Counted from the stretch's first letter, positions 9,486-17,850 are shown. The stretch is 60,458 nt of DNA from Candidatus Dormibacteria bacterium (GCA_046262455.1 JBHEMS010000044.1:1-60458), one strand, 5' to 3'. Numbers and translations are program-made. Notes: a model not told the origin generated them from the letters alone.

Positions 9486-10610
9486 GTGCTGATCGTAGGG
9501 GCCGGCGCCGTGGGGTGCAGCCTGGCCTTCAACCTGGCTGCCAAGGGCCAGAAGAACGTCCTGGTGATCGACCGGGGATCCATTGGTGAGGGCAGTACCG
9601 GCCGCTGCGCGGGCGGCGTGCGGCAGCAGTTCTCGACCGAGGTCAACGTGCGCATCGGGATGCTCTCGCGGCGGATCCTCGAGGACTTCGAGACCCTGAC
9701 CGGCCAGCCGGCCGACTACCGCCAGATCGGGTATCTGTTCGTGGCGCCGGATGACGCGGCGATGGCCTCGCTGCGTCGCAACCTCTCCGTCCAGCACGGG
9801 GCGGGTCTGACCGAGGCGCAGGAGGTGGACACCGCGGACATTGCGCGGCTGGTACCCGGGCTGCGCACTGATGACCTCATCGGCGGCACCTTCTGTGCCA
9901 GTGATGGGATCGCGGGTCCCAGCGAGGTGACGCAGGGTTACGCGCATGCCGCCCGTGGACACGGTGTGCGCATCATCGAAGGCCTGGAGGTCACGGGGCT
10001 ACAGCGCGCGGTGAGCGGCTGGCGTGTCAGCACTCCACGTGGCGAGATCCGTGCCGATCGAGTGGTCTGCTGCGCCGGCGCATGGTCGCGGCCGCTGGGG
10101 GCGATGGCCGGCGTCGAAGTTCCCGTGGCGCCTTACCGCCGCCATATCTTCGTCACCAAACCCTTCGCGCAGGTCACGCGTACGACGCCGATGACGGTGG
10201 ACTACCGGACCTCCTTCTACTTTCACCCCGAGGGTGACGGCGTGCTCCTGGGGATGAGCGACCCGGGGGAGCCCGAGAGCTTCCGAACCGACGTGGACTG
10301 GGACTTCCTGGACCACCTGGTCGAGCACGCCACCGCCCGTTTCCCGGCGCTCGAAGAGGCCGAGATCATGACCGGGTGGGCCGGCCTTTACGAGGTGACC
10401 CCGGACCACCAGGCGATCATCGGCGAGAGCAAGGAGGCGGGCCTGTGGCTATGCACCGGGTTCTCCGGGCACGGTTTCATGTAGGCGCCGGCCGTCGGCG
10501 ACATCTGCAGCGACCTGATGCTCGGGCGCGAAGCTGCCATCGACGTCGGCTCCTTGCGCGCATCGCGGTTCGCGGAGGGCGTCCTGGCTGAGGAGAGTGC
10601 CGTCATCTGA
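9486..10610 (+). pseudogene. FAD-dependent oxidoreductase (sarcosine oxidase beta/DAO family) interrupted by in-frame TAG at 10482-10484
   Basis: GAGAVG dinucleotide motif, GSTGRCAG, WAGLYEVTPD. GFSGHGFM*APAVG continues in frame to TGA at 10608-10610 with a family-typical tail (SRFAEG...E..VI). Confidence 0.8.
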
Positions 10611-10621
10611 CGGCGTACCAG

Positions 10622-10834
10622 CTACCTCGTGGCGGGTGCCGGGACCGTGGGGTCGGGCGTGTGATGGGAGCAGTTGAGGCGCATGTTGGCGCTCGGGAAG
10701 GAGTAGAAGTAGGAGCAGAAGAGGTAGAACGGGTTGCCCGCGTCATCCTCACGTTTGTTGTCCGGGTTGACCCCCATGGGGGCATCCTCCACCTTGACGA
10801 TCCGGCGGTTGATGCAGCTCTCGCAGATCTTCAT
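10622..10834 (-). CDS. Small Cys-rich hypothetical protein (CxxC...C...C; possible metal binding)
   Basis: MKICESC...FCSYF...NCSHH; GC-rich third codon positions; TAGAAT -10 box 9 nt before ATG. Confidence 0.7.
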   Translation of the reverse strand: MKICESCINRRIVKVEDAPMGVNPDNKREDDAGNPFYLFCSYFYSFPSANMRLNCSHHTPDPTVPAPATR

Positions 10835-10901
10835 GGCGGGCGGATTCTAGCTCCGCCCAGGCTCACAGAAGGTCAACGACCCGGTGCTACACTCCCGGCC
10901 C

Positions 10902-11768
10902 ATGAGCCGTAGCCTCACGGCTTTCTCCCTGCTCGCGCTGGCCTCCGTGCTCGCCGGCTGCAGCCTGGAGGATGCTCCCGTCATCGGCAAGCCCGCGGCC
11001 AGCACTGACACGCACAGCATCTCGATGACCGACTACCGGCAGCGCCTTCGTGTCGAACAGGACCTGTACAAGGACACGCGGACGGAGTCCCAGAAGGAGG
11101 ACATCGCGATTCGCTCGCTGGTCGATGAGCAGCTCATCGCCGATGAGGCGAAGAGCCGGGGGCTGACCGTCAGCGACGATGACGTAAACAAACAGATCAG
11201 CTACATGACGTCCGTGTTCGACCGGCTGCGGGCACTGCAGCGGGCCAAGACCCCCAGCGCCTCGCTCCCGGACTTCAACGGAACGCTGCGCAAGGAGGGC
11301 TATGACGTCGACCACCTGCGGGAGAGTGTCCGGCTGATCCTCTTGGAACAGAAGGTGGAGCACAAGCAGGCTCAGAACCGTGCCGACAGCGCTTACCGTG
11401 AGATCGAGGGCGGTCTGCCGATAACCGATGCGGCCAAGAAGTACAGCGACGGGCCCAGTGCGTCGACGGGGGGAGCGATCGAGGTGAAGAGCATCGACCT
11501 GGCCTCTGGTGACGCCAGGCTGATGCCCGCTTTAAACGCGCTACAGCCCGGCGAAACCAGCAAGGTGTTGGAGGGTGTCAACGGCTTCTACATCATCAAG
11601 TTGGACACCCGGACTGACGCCGCCATCACGGGCAACGCCGTGTTTGTGCTGGCGCCGCAACCAAGCCAGTACGCGCCGAAGCTGCGCCCGGCATGGTTCG
11701 TGGACTTCGTCAAGGGGCTCGAGAACAACGCCCACGTGAAGTACAACGTGGGACCCAAGGCCACCTAA
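10902..11768 (+). CDS. PrsA/SurA-like peptidyl-prolyl isomerase lipoprotein
   Basis: LAGC lipobox, SurA-N-like LVDEQLIADEAK.RGLTVSD, parvulin-like AKKYSDGPSA..GG and GFYIIK; TGcTACACT -10 box. Confidence 0.8.
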   Translation: MSRSLTAFSLLALASVLAGCSLEDAPVIGKPAASTDTHSISMTDYRQRLRVEQDLYKDTRTESQKEDIAIRSLVDEQLIADEAKSRGLTVSDDDVNKQISYMTSVFDRLRALQRAKTPSASLPDFNGTLRKEGYDVDHLRESVRLILLEQKVEHKQAQNRADSAYREIEGGLPITDAAKKYSDGPSASTGGAIEVKSIDLASGDARLMPALNALQPGETSKVLEGVNGFYIIKLDTRTDAAITGNAVFVLAPQPSQYAPKLRPAWFVDFVKGLENNAHVKYNVGPKAT

Positions 11769-11785
11769 ACCCGGACCGACCGGCG

Positions 11786-12361
11786 GTGCGTTGCTTCATC
11801 GCCCTTGACCTCCTGCCGGCACCGGGCCCGGCGATGGAGGACTGGCTGGATGCGCTGCGGGGGCATGCGGATCTCTCCGTACCGCCGCCCGAGAACCTGC
11901 ACCTCACCCTGGCTTTCCTCGGCGAGCTCGACCCCGTGGGTGCGAGCCACGCCACGGAGGCCCTCGCGGCCACCGCGCGTCTCCATGGTCCGTGGGATGT
12001 CGAGTGGGGCGAGGCGGGGGCGTTCCCCTCGCTGGCGCGCCCACGCGTGTTGTGGTTGGGCATCGTGGACGACGGTCCCACCGCCGTGGTGGGTAAGGGA
12101 CTGCGGCACGAGCTCGCGGCCCGCGACCTGCCCGTGGACGACCGTCCGCTGCGCCCCCACCTCACCGTCGCGCGTGTCCGCTCCGCCGCGCGCGGGCCAA
12201 TTGCAGGCTCGGCGATGGCCCTCCTCGACGAGCCGCCCCCACTGGCACCCAGCCGCGTGACCGGCCTGGTGCTCTACGAGAGCCGGCTGGGGCGGGGACC
12301 GGCGACATATGTGCGGCTGGCGGAGGCAGCATTCCACGCTCAGGGCCCCTCGGGCGCCTGA
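11786..12361 (+). CDS. thpR: RNA 2',3'-cyclic phosphodiesterase (2H family)
   Basis: RCFIAL start, two HxT motifs (NLHLTL, PHLTV), RPRVLW, LYES.L...Y. Confidence 0.88.
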   Translation: MRCFIALDLLPAPGPAMEDWLDALRGHADLSVPPPENLHLTLAFLGELDPVGASHATEALAATARLHGPWDVEWGEAGAFPSLARPRVLWLGIVDDGPTAVVGKGLRHELAARDLPVDDRPLRPHLTVARVRSAARGPIAGSAMALLDEPPPLAPSRVTGLVLYESRLGRGPATYVRLAEAAFHAQGPSGA

Positions 12362-12387
12362 AGACTCGTCGCTATCATTCAAGGCGT

Positions 12388-12464
12388 GCGCCCGTAGCTC
12401 AGTGGATTAGAGCGGCTGACTACGGATCAGCAGGCCGGGGGTTCGAGTCCCTCCGGGCGCGCCA
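12388..12464 (+). tRNA. tRNA-Arg (anticodon ACG), CCA encoded
   Basis: Acceptor stem GCGCCCG/CGGGCGC, D arm GCTC..GAGC, anticodon stem GCTGA/TCAGC with loop CTACGGA, TTCGA T-loop, GCCA end; TATCAT -10 box upstream. Confidence 0.97.
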
Positions 12465-12938
12465 CTCACTCTCCCATCTCTCGAGCTCCGCCTGGAGTTC
12501 CGCGACGCGGTGGGGCGCCGCGACGGCGATGCTCTGAATGAACGAGCGGTGCCTGTGGCAGTTGGCACAGAGTGGCTCGCATTTCAGCACCTCGGTGAGG
12601 ATTGCTGATCGCCTGCGGCTTCTGAGGTTGGTACTGACGTTGAAGAGCTTCTCGCCCTTGACGTGATCAAAGTCCATGATCCAGCGCGGATACGTGACGC
12701 CGCAGTCAGCGCAAGGCACTGCCTTCAGCTCGCTCAGCAAGTCCTTGGTGGTTGCGAGTTCGCGGTCGTTGCGGATGCGAGCCTTCCGGAGGTAGTAGTC
12801 GCGGTTGCGGATGTAGTGGCCCCGGAGATAGAGCCGCTGACACTCCAGACACCAGCCGTGTCTTCCGTCAGGACGCCGGCGGTTCAGCGGAAATGACTCG
12901 AGTGCCTTTTCGAGGCCACAACGCGAACATCGCTTCAC
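12420..12938 (-). CDS. Zinc-ribbon plus HNH-like (His-Me finger) endonuclease overlapping tRNA-Arg antisense
   Basis: GTG at 12938; CSRC...CLEC N-terminal zinc motif, then CADC...MDFDH...K...CEPLCANCH; lower GC than flanks. Confidence 0.8.
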   Translation of the reverse strand: MKRCSRCGLEKALESFPLNRRRPDGRHGWCLECQRLYLRGHYIRNRDYYLRKARIRNDRELATTKDLLSELKAVPCADCGVTYPRWIMDFDHVKGEKLFNVSTNLRSRRRSAILTEVLKCEPLCANCHRHRSFIQSIAVAAPHRVAELQAELERWESEWRARRDSNPRPADP

Positions 12939-12944
12939 TACAGA

Positions 12945-12973
12945 ATTGTAGTGGTACAAATGTTCGATGTCAA
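12945..12973 (-). promoter_or_regulatory. sigma70-type promoter TTGACA-N17-TACAAT with LexA-type SOS box in the spacer
   Basis: Minus strand reads TTGACA tcGAACatttGTACcac TACAAT tctgta GTG; box at 12954-12965. Confidence 0.85.
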
Positions 12974-14310
12974 CCGCTCGAGCTACGGTCCCTCGCGTCC
13001 CGGAGGCCGCGCAGTCGCTCGCCGATCTGCCGCTCGAGCCCCGTCTCCCTGGGCTCGTAGAACCGCGCCTCGCGAAGGCGGTCCGGCAGGTACTGCTGGT
13101 CCACCCAGCCGCCCTCGTGGTCGTGGGGGTACTTGTACCCGTCCCCGTGGCCGAGGCGCTTGGAGCCCGGGTAGTGGGCGTCACGGAGGTGTGCCGGCAC
13201 CGCCTGGGCGCCGTGGCGCATGAGCTCCGCTTTAGCCCCGCTGATGGCCAGCATCGACGCGTTGGACTTGGGCGCGCAGGCCAGGTAGATCGCCGCCTGC
13301 GAAAGGTTGAGCTGGGCCTCGGGTAGCCCCACGACGCGCAGTGCGTCGAAGGCCGATACCGCCAGCATCAGCGCCCTGGGGTCGGCGTTGCCGACATCCT
13401 CCGACGCGAAGATCACCATCCGGCGGGCGATGAACTCCGGGTCCTCGCCGGATTCGAGCATCTGCGCCAGCCAGAATACCGCGGCGTCCGGGTCGGTGCC
13501 CCGCATGCTCTTGATGAACGCCGACACCACGTCGTAGTGCACGTCGCCCGCCTTGTCATAGCGCAGAACCGGCTGGCGAAGCGCGGCCTGCGCATCCTCC
13601 GGCGTGACCCGGTCGCGCCCCGCGGCGGCGACCGTCGCGGCACACATCTCCAGCGCGTTGAGGGCGAACCGCGCGTCGCCGCCGGCGCGGTCGACGATGT
13701 GCTCGATCACGCCGGGATCGACCTCCGGCCGTCCGCCCAACCCCCGCTCGTCGGCGGCCGCGCGTCGCAGCAGCTCACCAACGTCCGCGGGGGTCAGGGA
13801 CTCCAGCCGGAAGAGCAGGCTGCGCGACAGCAGTGGCGAGTTCACCTCGAAGAAGGGGTTCTCGGTGGTGGCCCCGATGAGGGTCACCACCCCGCTCTCC
13901 ACCGCCTTCAGCAGGGAGTCCTGTTGCGACTTGTTGAAGCGGTGGATCTCGTCGATGAAGAGGATGGTCCGGCGCCCGGTCGCGCGCTTGAGCTCGTCAG
14001 CCCCGGCGATCGCCCGCCGCACGTCTGCCACCCCCGAGCTGACCGCGCTGACCTCGACGTACGCGGCGGCCGTGGCCCTCGCGATGATCCCTGCCAGTGA
14101 GGTCTTGCCGGTGCCCGCGGGACCCCAGAAAATGACCGACGACAGGCGGTCGTCCTCGATCAGGGAACGCAGCGGGCTGCCCGCGCCGACGACCTGCTCC
14201 TGCCCCACCAGCTCGTCCAGGGTGCGGGGACGCATCCGCGCGGCGAGGGGGGCGCCAGGGTCCCGGGCGGGCTGGAGGTCGTCGGCGCTTTCGAACAGCG
14301 ATCCGGTCAC
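12970..14310 (-). CDS. rarA: Replication-associated recombination protein A (RarA/MgsA AAA+ ATPase)
   Basis: PLAARMRP, WGPAGTGKT, FIDEIHRFNKSQQD, GATTENP, SAFIKSMRG, ASEDVG. Confidence 0.95.
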   Translation of the reverse strand: MTGSLFESADDLQPARDPGAPLAARMRPRTLDELVGQEQVVGAGSPLRSLIEDDRLSSVIFWGPAGTGKTSLAGIIARATAAAYVEVSAVSSGVADVRRAIAGADELKRATGRRTILFIDEIHRFNKSQQDSLLKAVESGVVTLIGATTENPFFEVNSPLLSRSLLFRLESLTPADVGELLRRAAADERGLGGRPEVDPGVIEHIVDRAGGDARFALNALEMCAATVAAAGRDRVTPEDAQAALRQPVLRYDKAGDVHYDVVSAFIKSMRGTDPDAAVFWLAQMLESGEDPEFIARRMVIFASEDVGNADPRALMLAVSAFDALRVVGLPEAQLNLSQAAIYLACAPKSNASMLAISGAKAELMRHGAQAVPAHLRDAHYPGSKRLGHGDGYKYPHDHEGGWVDQQYLPDRLREARFYEPRETGLERQIGERLRGLRDARDRSSSG

Positions 14311-14390
14311 GCCGCAGTCATAGCACTTCTCGCCAGTCACGCCGCGCGCCGGGCTCCCCGGACATGGTTATACTGACGCTATACCGACAC

Positions 14391-15425
14391 ATGATTGCAA
14401 CAGTGGTAAGCACCGCGGATGGAACCCCTCGTCGAGTTACCAGTGGCGCCTACGTCGTCCCCCTGCGCAGCGCCAATTTCGAGCCCTTGGGTGACCTGCC
14501 TGCATATCTTCAGGCGCTGACCCGCGAGGTCCACGTCGTGGTGGTCGACGGCTCCCCTCCAGAGGTCTTCGCCAGGCACGCCACGGCCCTCGGTCCCGAC
14601 GTCACCCACATCCCCGTCGAACCCGCGCTGGAGACCCGGATGGGCAAGGTCGGCGCGGTGCTCACCGGCCTTCGCCATGTCAAATGTGAGCGGGTGGTGA
14701 TCGCCGACGACGACGTTCGATACGACGTGTCCACCCTGCGGCGGGTCCTGGCATGGCTCGACGAGTACGAGGTGGTGCGCCCGCAAAACTATTTCGAGCC
14801 CGCGCCCTGGCACGCCCTGTGGGACAGCTCGCGCAGCCTCATCAACCGGGCCATTGGTGGCGGCGACTGGCCGGGAACACTGGCGGTGCGCCGCCGTGCC
14901 GTGCTCGAAGCCGGTGGATACCGGGGCGACGTCATGTTCGAGAACCTGGAGCTGGTGCGCACCGTACAGGCTGCAGGGGGGCGGGAACGTGTCGCCCGCG
15001 ACCTCTACGTCGCGCGCCGGCCGCCAACAACGCGCCAGTTCTTCGGGCAGCGCGTTCGCCAGGCCTATGACGAGCTGGCGCGGCCGCTGAGGGCCCTGCT
15101 CTTCCTCGGCATCCTGCCAGTGCTGGCGCTGCTGGCGGCGGTCACCGACTGGCTGGGGCCGGCCGAGTTGGCCGTCGCCGCGATGGCCATCGCGGAGGTG
15201 GGTCGGCGCCGGAGTGGTGGAGGCCGTCGGTTCCCATTCATCGCCTCACTTCTCGCCCCGGCCTGGTTGCTTGAGCGCGGGGTGACCATGTGGCTGGCCC
15301 TGGGCTGTCGTGTCTTCCTCGGGGGTGTTCCCTACCGCGGCGAGCGACTGCGCGATGCCGCCTCGTCCAAGCGGGCCCTGCGGCGCGCCGGCATGTCCGC
15401 GTCGGACCCTGAGGTGGTGACGTGA
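14391..15425 (+). CDS. Glycosyltransferase family 2-like protein with C-terminal TM segments
   Basis: VVVDGS, GKV, IADDDV DxD motif, ENLEL, QRVRQAYD (QxxRW-like); TATACT upstream. Confidence 0.8.
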   Translation: MIATVVSTADGTPRRVTSGAYVVPLRSANFEPLGDLPAYLQALTREVHVVVVDGSPPEVFARHATALGPDVTHIPVEPALETRMGKVGAVLTGLRHVKCERVVIADDDVRYDVSTLRRVLAWLDEYEVVRPQNYFEPAPWHALWDSSRSLINRAIGGGDWPGTLAVRRRAVLEAGGYRGDVMFENLELVRTVQAAGGRERVARDLYVARRPPTTRQFFGQRVRQAYDELARPLRALLFLGILPVLALLAAVTDWLGPAELAVAAMAIAEVGRRRSGGGRRFPFIASLLAPAWLLERGVTMWLALGCRVFLGGVPYRGERLRDAASSKRALRRAGMSASDPEVVT

Positions 15426-16177
15426 GTGCCGTCCGCCTGGAGGACCTGGCCGACGGCTTCTCGCCATACCTGGGGTTGGTCCGGGACGAGTTGGTGCAGC
15501 TCGAGTCTGGTGCCCCCGCGCCGCCGGTGGCACGCCTGGTTCACGACGCCTTTGCTGGGATGGTCAACAGTCCCAGCTACGCCTGCGTGGGAGGAAAAGC
15601 CGCCTTCAGTCGCGGTACCTACCGTGTGGGGATGTTCGGCGCCCTCGGTGTCGCGGACTCAGCGAGTGGGCTGGCCGAGGGCCTGGCGAACTTCGAGGGG
15701 GAGCGGGCATCCGCCGACAATGACTTTTTCACCTACGTCGCACATTTCACGGGGCCTGTCCCCATGGACGAGCGGCGGTTCGAGCAGGCTCTCTGGGAAC
15801 AGCTGCGTCAGCTCCATCGCCTGGACCACGAGGCGTGGGACCCTGGGGTGAGCGCGGACCCCACCGACGCGCATTTCTCCTTCAGCTTCGGCGGCCACGC
15901 TTACTTCGTCATCGGGCTCCACGGCGCAAGTTCCCGATGGAGCCGGCGTTTTGCCTGGCCCACCCTGGTTTTCAACCCACACGACCAGTTCGAAGAACTT
16001 CGTGAGGACGGCCGGATGCCGCGCTGGCAAGAGGTCATCAGGGAGCGTGACACGCTCGTACAGGGCAATCCCAACCCCAACCTGGGCGACTTTGGGGACC
16101 TCCCGGAGGCGCGCCAGTATTCCGGCCGGCGGGTCCCGCTTGACTGGAAGTGTCCGTTCGACCCCTCGACACCTTGA
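15422..16177 (+). CDS. YqcI/YcgG family protein (GntA/DcsA-like heme-dependent guanidino N-hydroxylase family)
   Basis: YACVGGK, FEQALWEQL, WDPGVSADP, FSFSFGG.AYFVIGLH..SSR.SRRF, EARQYSGR, WKCPF. Confidence 0.85.
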   Translation: MSAVRLEDLADGFSPYLGLVRDELVQLESGAPAPPVARLVHDAFAGMVNSPSYACVGGKAAFSRGTYRVGMFGALGVADSASGLAEGLANFEGERASADNDFFTYVAHFTGPVPMDERRFEQALWEQLRQLHRLDHEAWDPGVSADPTDAHFSFSFGGHAYFVIGLHGASSRWSRRFAWPTLVFNPHDQFEELREDGRMPRWQEVIRERDTLVQGNPNPNLGDFGDLPEARQYSGRRVPLDWKCPFDPSTP

Positions 16178-16764
16178 AGCCGCAGCGACTCGAACCACAG
16201 ACGGGCACGGCCTTCCGCATGTCGGCCGGCCAACTGCTGCGGGTGACCGATACCGAGGGCGAGCAGGTCAGCGACATGGTGTCGTTCTCCGTCGATGACG
16301 CCAGGGAGTGGCTCTCGTCAGGGCGCAGCATTGACTATGCCAACACCATCTACCTGACCCGGGGCCACGTCCTGTACTCCAACCGGAGCCGGCCCATGTT
16401 CACGATCGAGGAGGACACGGTCGGGCGCCACGACTTCCTGCTCACCCCGTGCAGCCCCGAGACGTTCAGCATCATCTACGGGCACACCGGCCACCATCCA
16501 AGTTGCTTCGAGAACCTCTGGCGCAGCCTGGCGAAATTCGCCATCGCGCCGGACACCATCCCCACAACCTTCAACATATTCATGAATGTGGAGGTGGGCC
16601 GGAAGGGCGACCTGGAGATCAAGCCGCCGCGGTCCAAAGCCGGGGACCATGTGCTGCTTCGGGCCGAGATGGACATGTTCGTCGGCCTCACGGCGTGCTC
16701 TGCCGAGATGAGCAACAACTACAGCTTCAAGCCCATCGATTTTGAGGTGCTCGACGCCGCCTGA
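16150..16764 (+). CDS. DUF1989 urea-carboxylase-associated family protein
   Basis: D.EGEQVSD, LYSNRSRPM, GRHDFLLTPCS, SCFENL, FNIFMNV, LTACSA. Confidence 0.88.
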   Translation: MSVRPLDTLKPQRLEPQTGTAFRMSAGQLLRVTDTEGEQVSDMVSFSVDDAREWLSSGRSIDYANTIYLTRGHVLYSNRSRPMFTIEEDTVGRHDFLLTPCSPETFSIIYGHTGHHPSCFENLWRSLAKFAIAPDTIPTTFNIFMNVEVGRKGDLEIKPPRSKAGDHVLLRAEMDMFVGLTACSAEMSNNYSFKPIDFEVLDAA

Positions 16765-16770
16765 CGGGGC

Positions 16771-16788
16771 GAACATCTGTTCTAGAAT
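16771..16788 (+). promoter_or_regulatory. LexA-type SOS box GAACATCTGTTC abutting -10 TAGAAT
   Basis: Perfect GAAC-N4-GTTC at 16771-16782, TAGAAT at 16783-16788, GTG start 6 nt later. Confidence 0.88.
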
Positions 16789-16794
16789 ACGGCG

Positions 16795-17817
16795 GTGACC
16801 GACCTCCCCGGCTTTGAGGCCCCGCGGAAAGGCTTTGAGCAGGCCCGGCTAATGGAGCTCCGGCGCCGCAGCTTCGACACCCCGGGGCTTCGCGGGATCG
16901 AATTCATCGAGGTTGAGGCCAAGACAGTCATCAACCACGTGCCGGGAAACCGCCTCCCGTTCAGGTGGACGATCAACCCCTATCGAGGGTGCTCGCACGC
17001 CTGTGTCTACTGTTTTGCCCGCGCCACCCACTGGTTCCTCGACATGGGTGCGGGAGGCGACTTCGAATCCAAGATCCTGGTCAAGGTCAACGTTGCCGAG
17101 GTGCTGCGCGCCCAGCTCGCGGCCCGGCGCTGGAAAGGTGAGCACATCGCCATGGGAACCAACACCGATCCCTACCAGGCGGCCGAGGGCCGGTACCGCC
17201 TGATGCCTGGCATCCTCCGTGCGCTCATCGATTTCCGCAACCCGTTCTCCATCCTGACCAAGGGAACGATGCTGCTACGCGACGTTGACCTGCTGTGCGC
17301 GGCGGCCGAGGTCACCGAGGTCCACACCTCCTACTCTGTCGCCAGCCTGGACGAACGCGCGTGGCGCCTGGCCGAGCCGGGGACACCTCATCCCCGAAAG
17401 CGGCTGGAGGCGGTGGCGGCACTCAACGGCGCGGGCATTCCGTGCGGCGTGTTGATGGCCCCGATCCTGCCCGGTATCAACGACGAGCCCGAAATGCTCA
17501 AGCGCACCGCCGAGGCGGTGGTCGCGGCGGGCGCGACCCACGTGTACCCAATCCTTCTCCACCTCCGTCCGCGTGTCAAAGAGGTGTTCATGGAGTGGCT
17601 GGAGCGGGAGTTCCCGAGCCTGGTGCCGCGCTACGACCAGATGTACGGCGGGCGGGCGTATGCGGTCAGTGCCGACCAGAAGGCGACTTCCAGCGCGGTG
17701 GGTCAGGCCCTCCGGGGAAGCAGCCGCGCCCGGCCCACGCCGTCGCGCTGGTCCGGCCGCGACCGGCCGCTTGCCCCCCGAGCCGCTGCCGCGGAACAGC
17801 TCCCGCTCCCGGTCTGA
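16795..17817 (+). CDS. Rv2578c/SplB-like radical SAM DNA-repair-associated protein
   Basis: INPYRGCSHACVYCFAR CxxxCxxC, GTNTDPYQ, LTKG; SOS box upstream. Confidence 0.9.
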   Translation: MTDLPGFEAPRKGFEQARLMELRRRSFDTPGLRGIEFIEVEAKTVINHVPGNRLPFRWTINPYRGCSHACVYCFARATHWFLDMGAGGDFESKILVKVNVAEVLRAQLAARRWKGEHIAMGTNTDPYQAAEGRYRLMPGILRALIDFRNPFSILTKGTMLLRDVDLLCAAAEVTEVHTSYSVASLDERAWRLAEPGTPHPRKRLEAVAALNGAGIPCGVLMAPILPGINDEPEMLKRTAEAVVAAGATHVYPILLHLRPRVKEVFMEWLEREFPSLVPRYDQMYGGRAYAVSADQKATSSAVGQALRGSSRARPTPSRWSGRDRPLAPRAAAAEQLPLPV

Positions 17818-17850
17818 CCGGGTGGGTACGGTGCTGTCAGGATTGACGGC

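Noticed and set aside
10482-10484. Genome-wide TAG recoding
   Set aside because: clpP, clpX, tig, rodA, rplU and rpmA all end normally at TAG.
12388-12464. tRNA as the att site of a prophage or integrative island
   Set aside because: No integrase and no duplicate of the tRNA 3' end seen in the window; rarA follows immediately after the small cassette.
12939-13184. Long N-terminal extension of the HNH ORF given in the ORF track
   Set aside because: It overlaps rarA in another frame; the promoter position points to GTG 12938.
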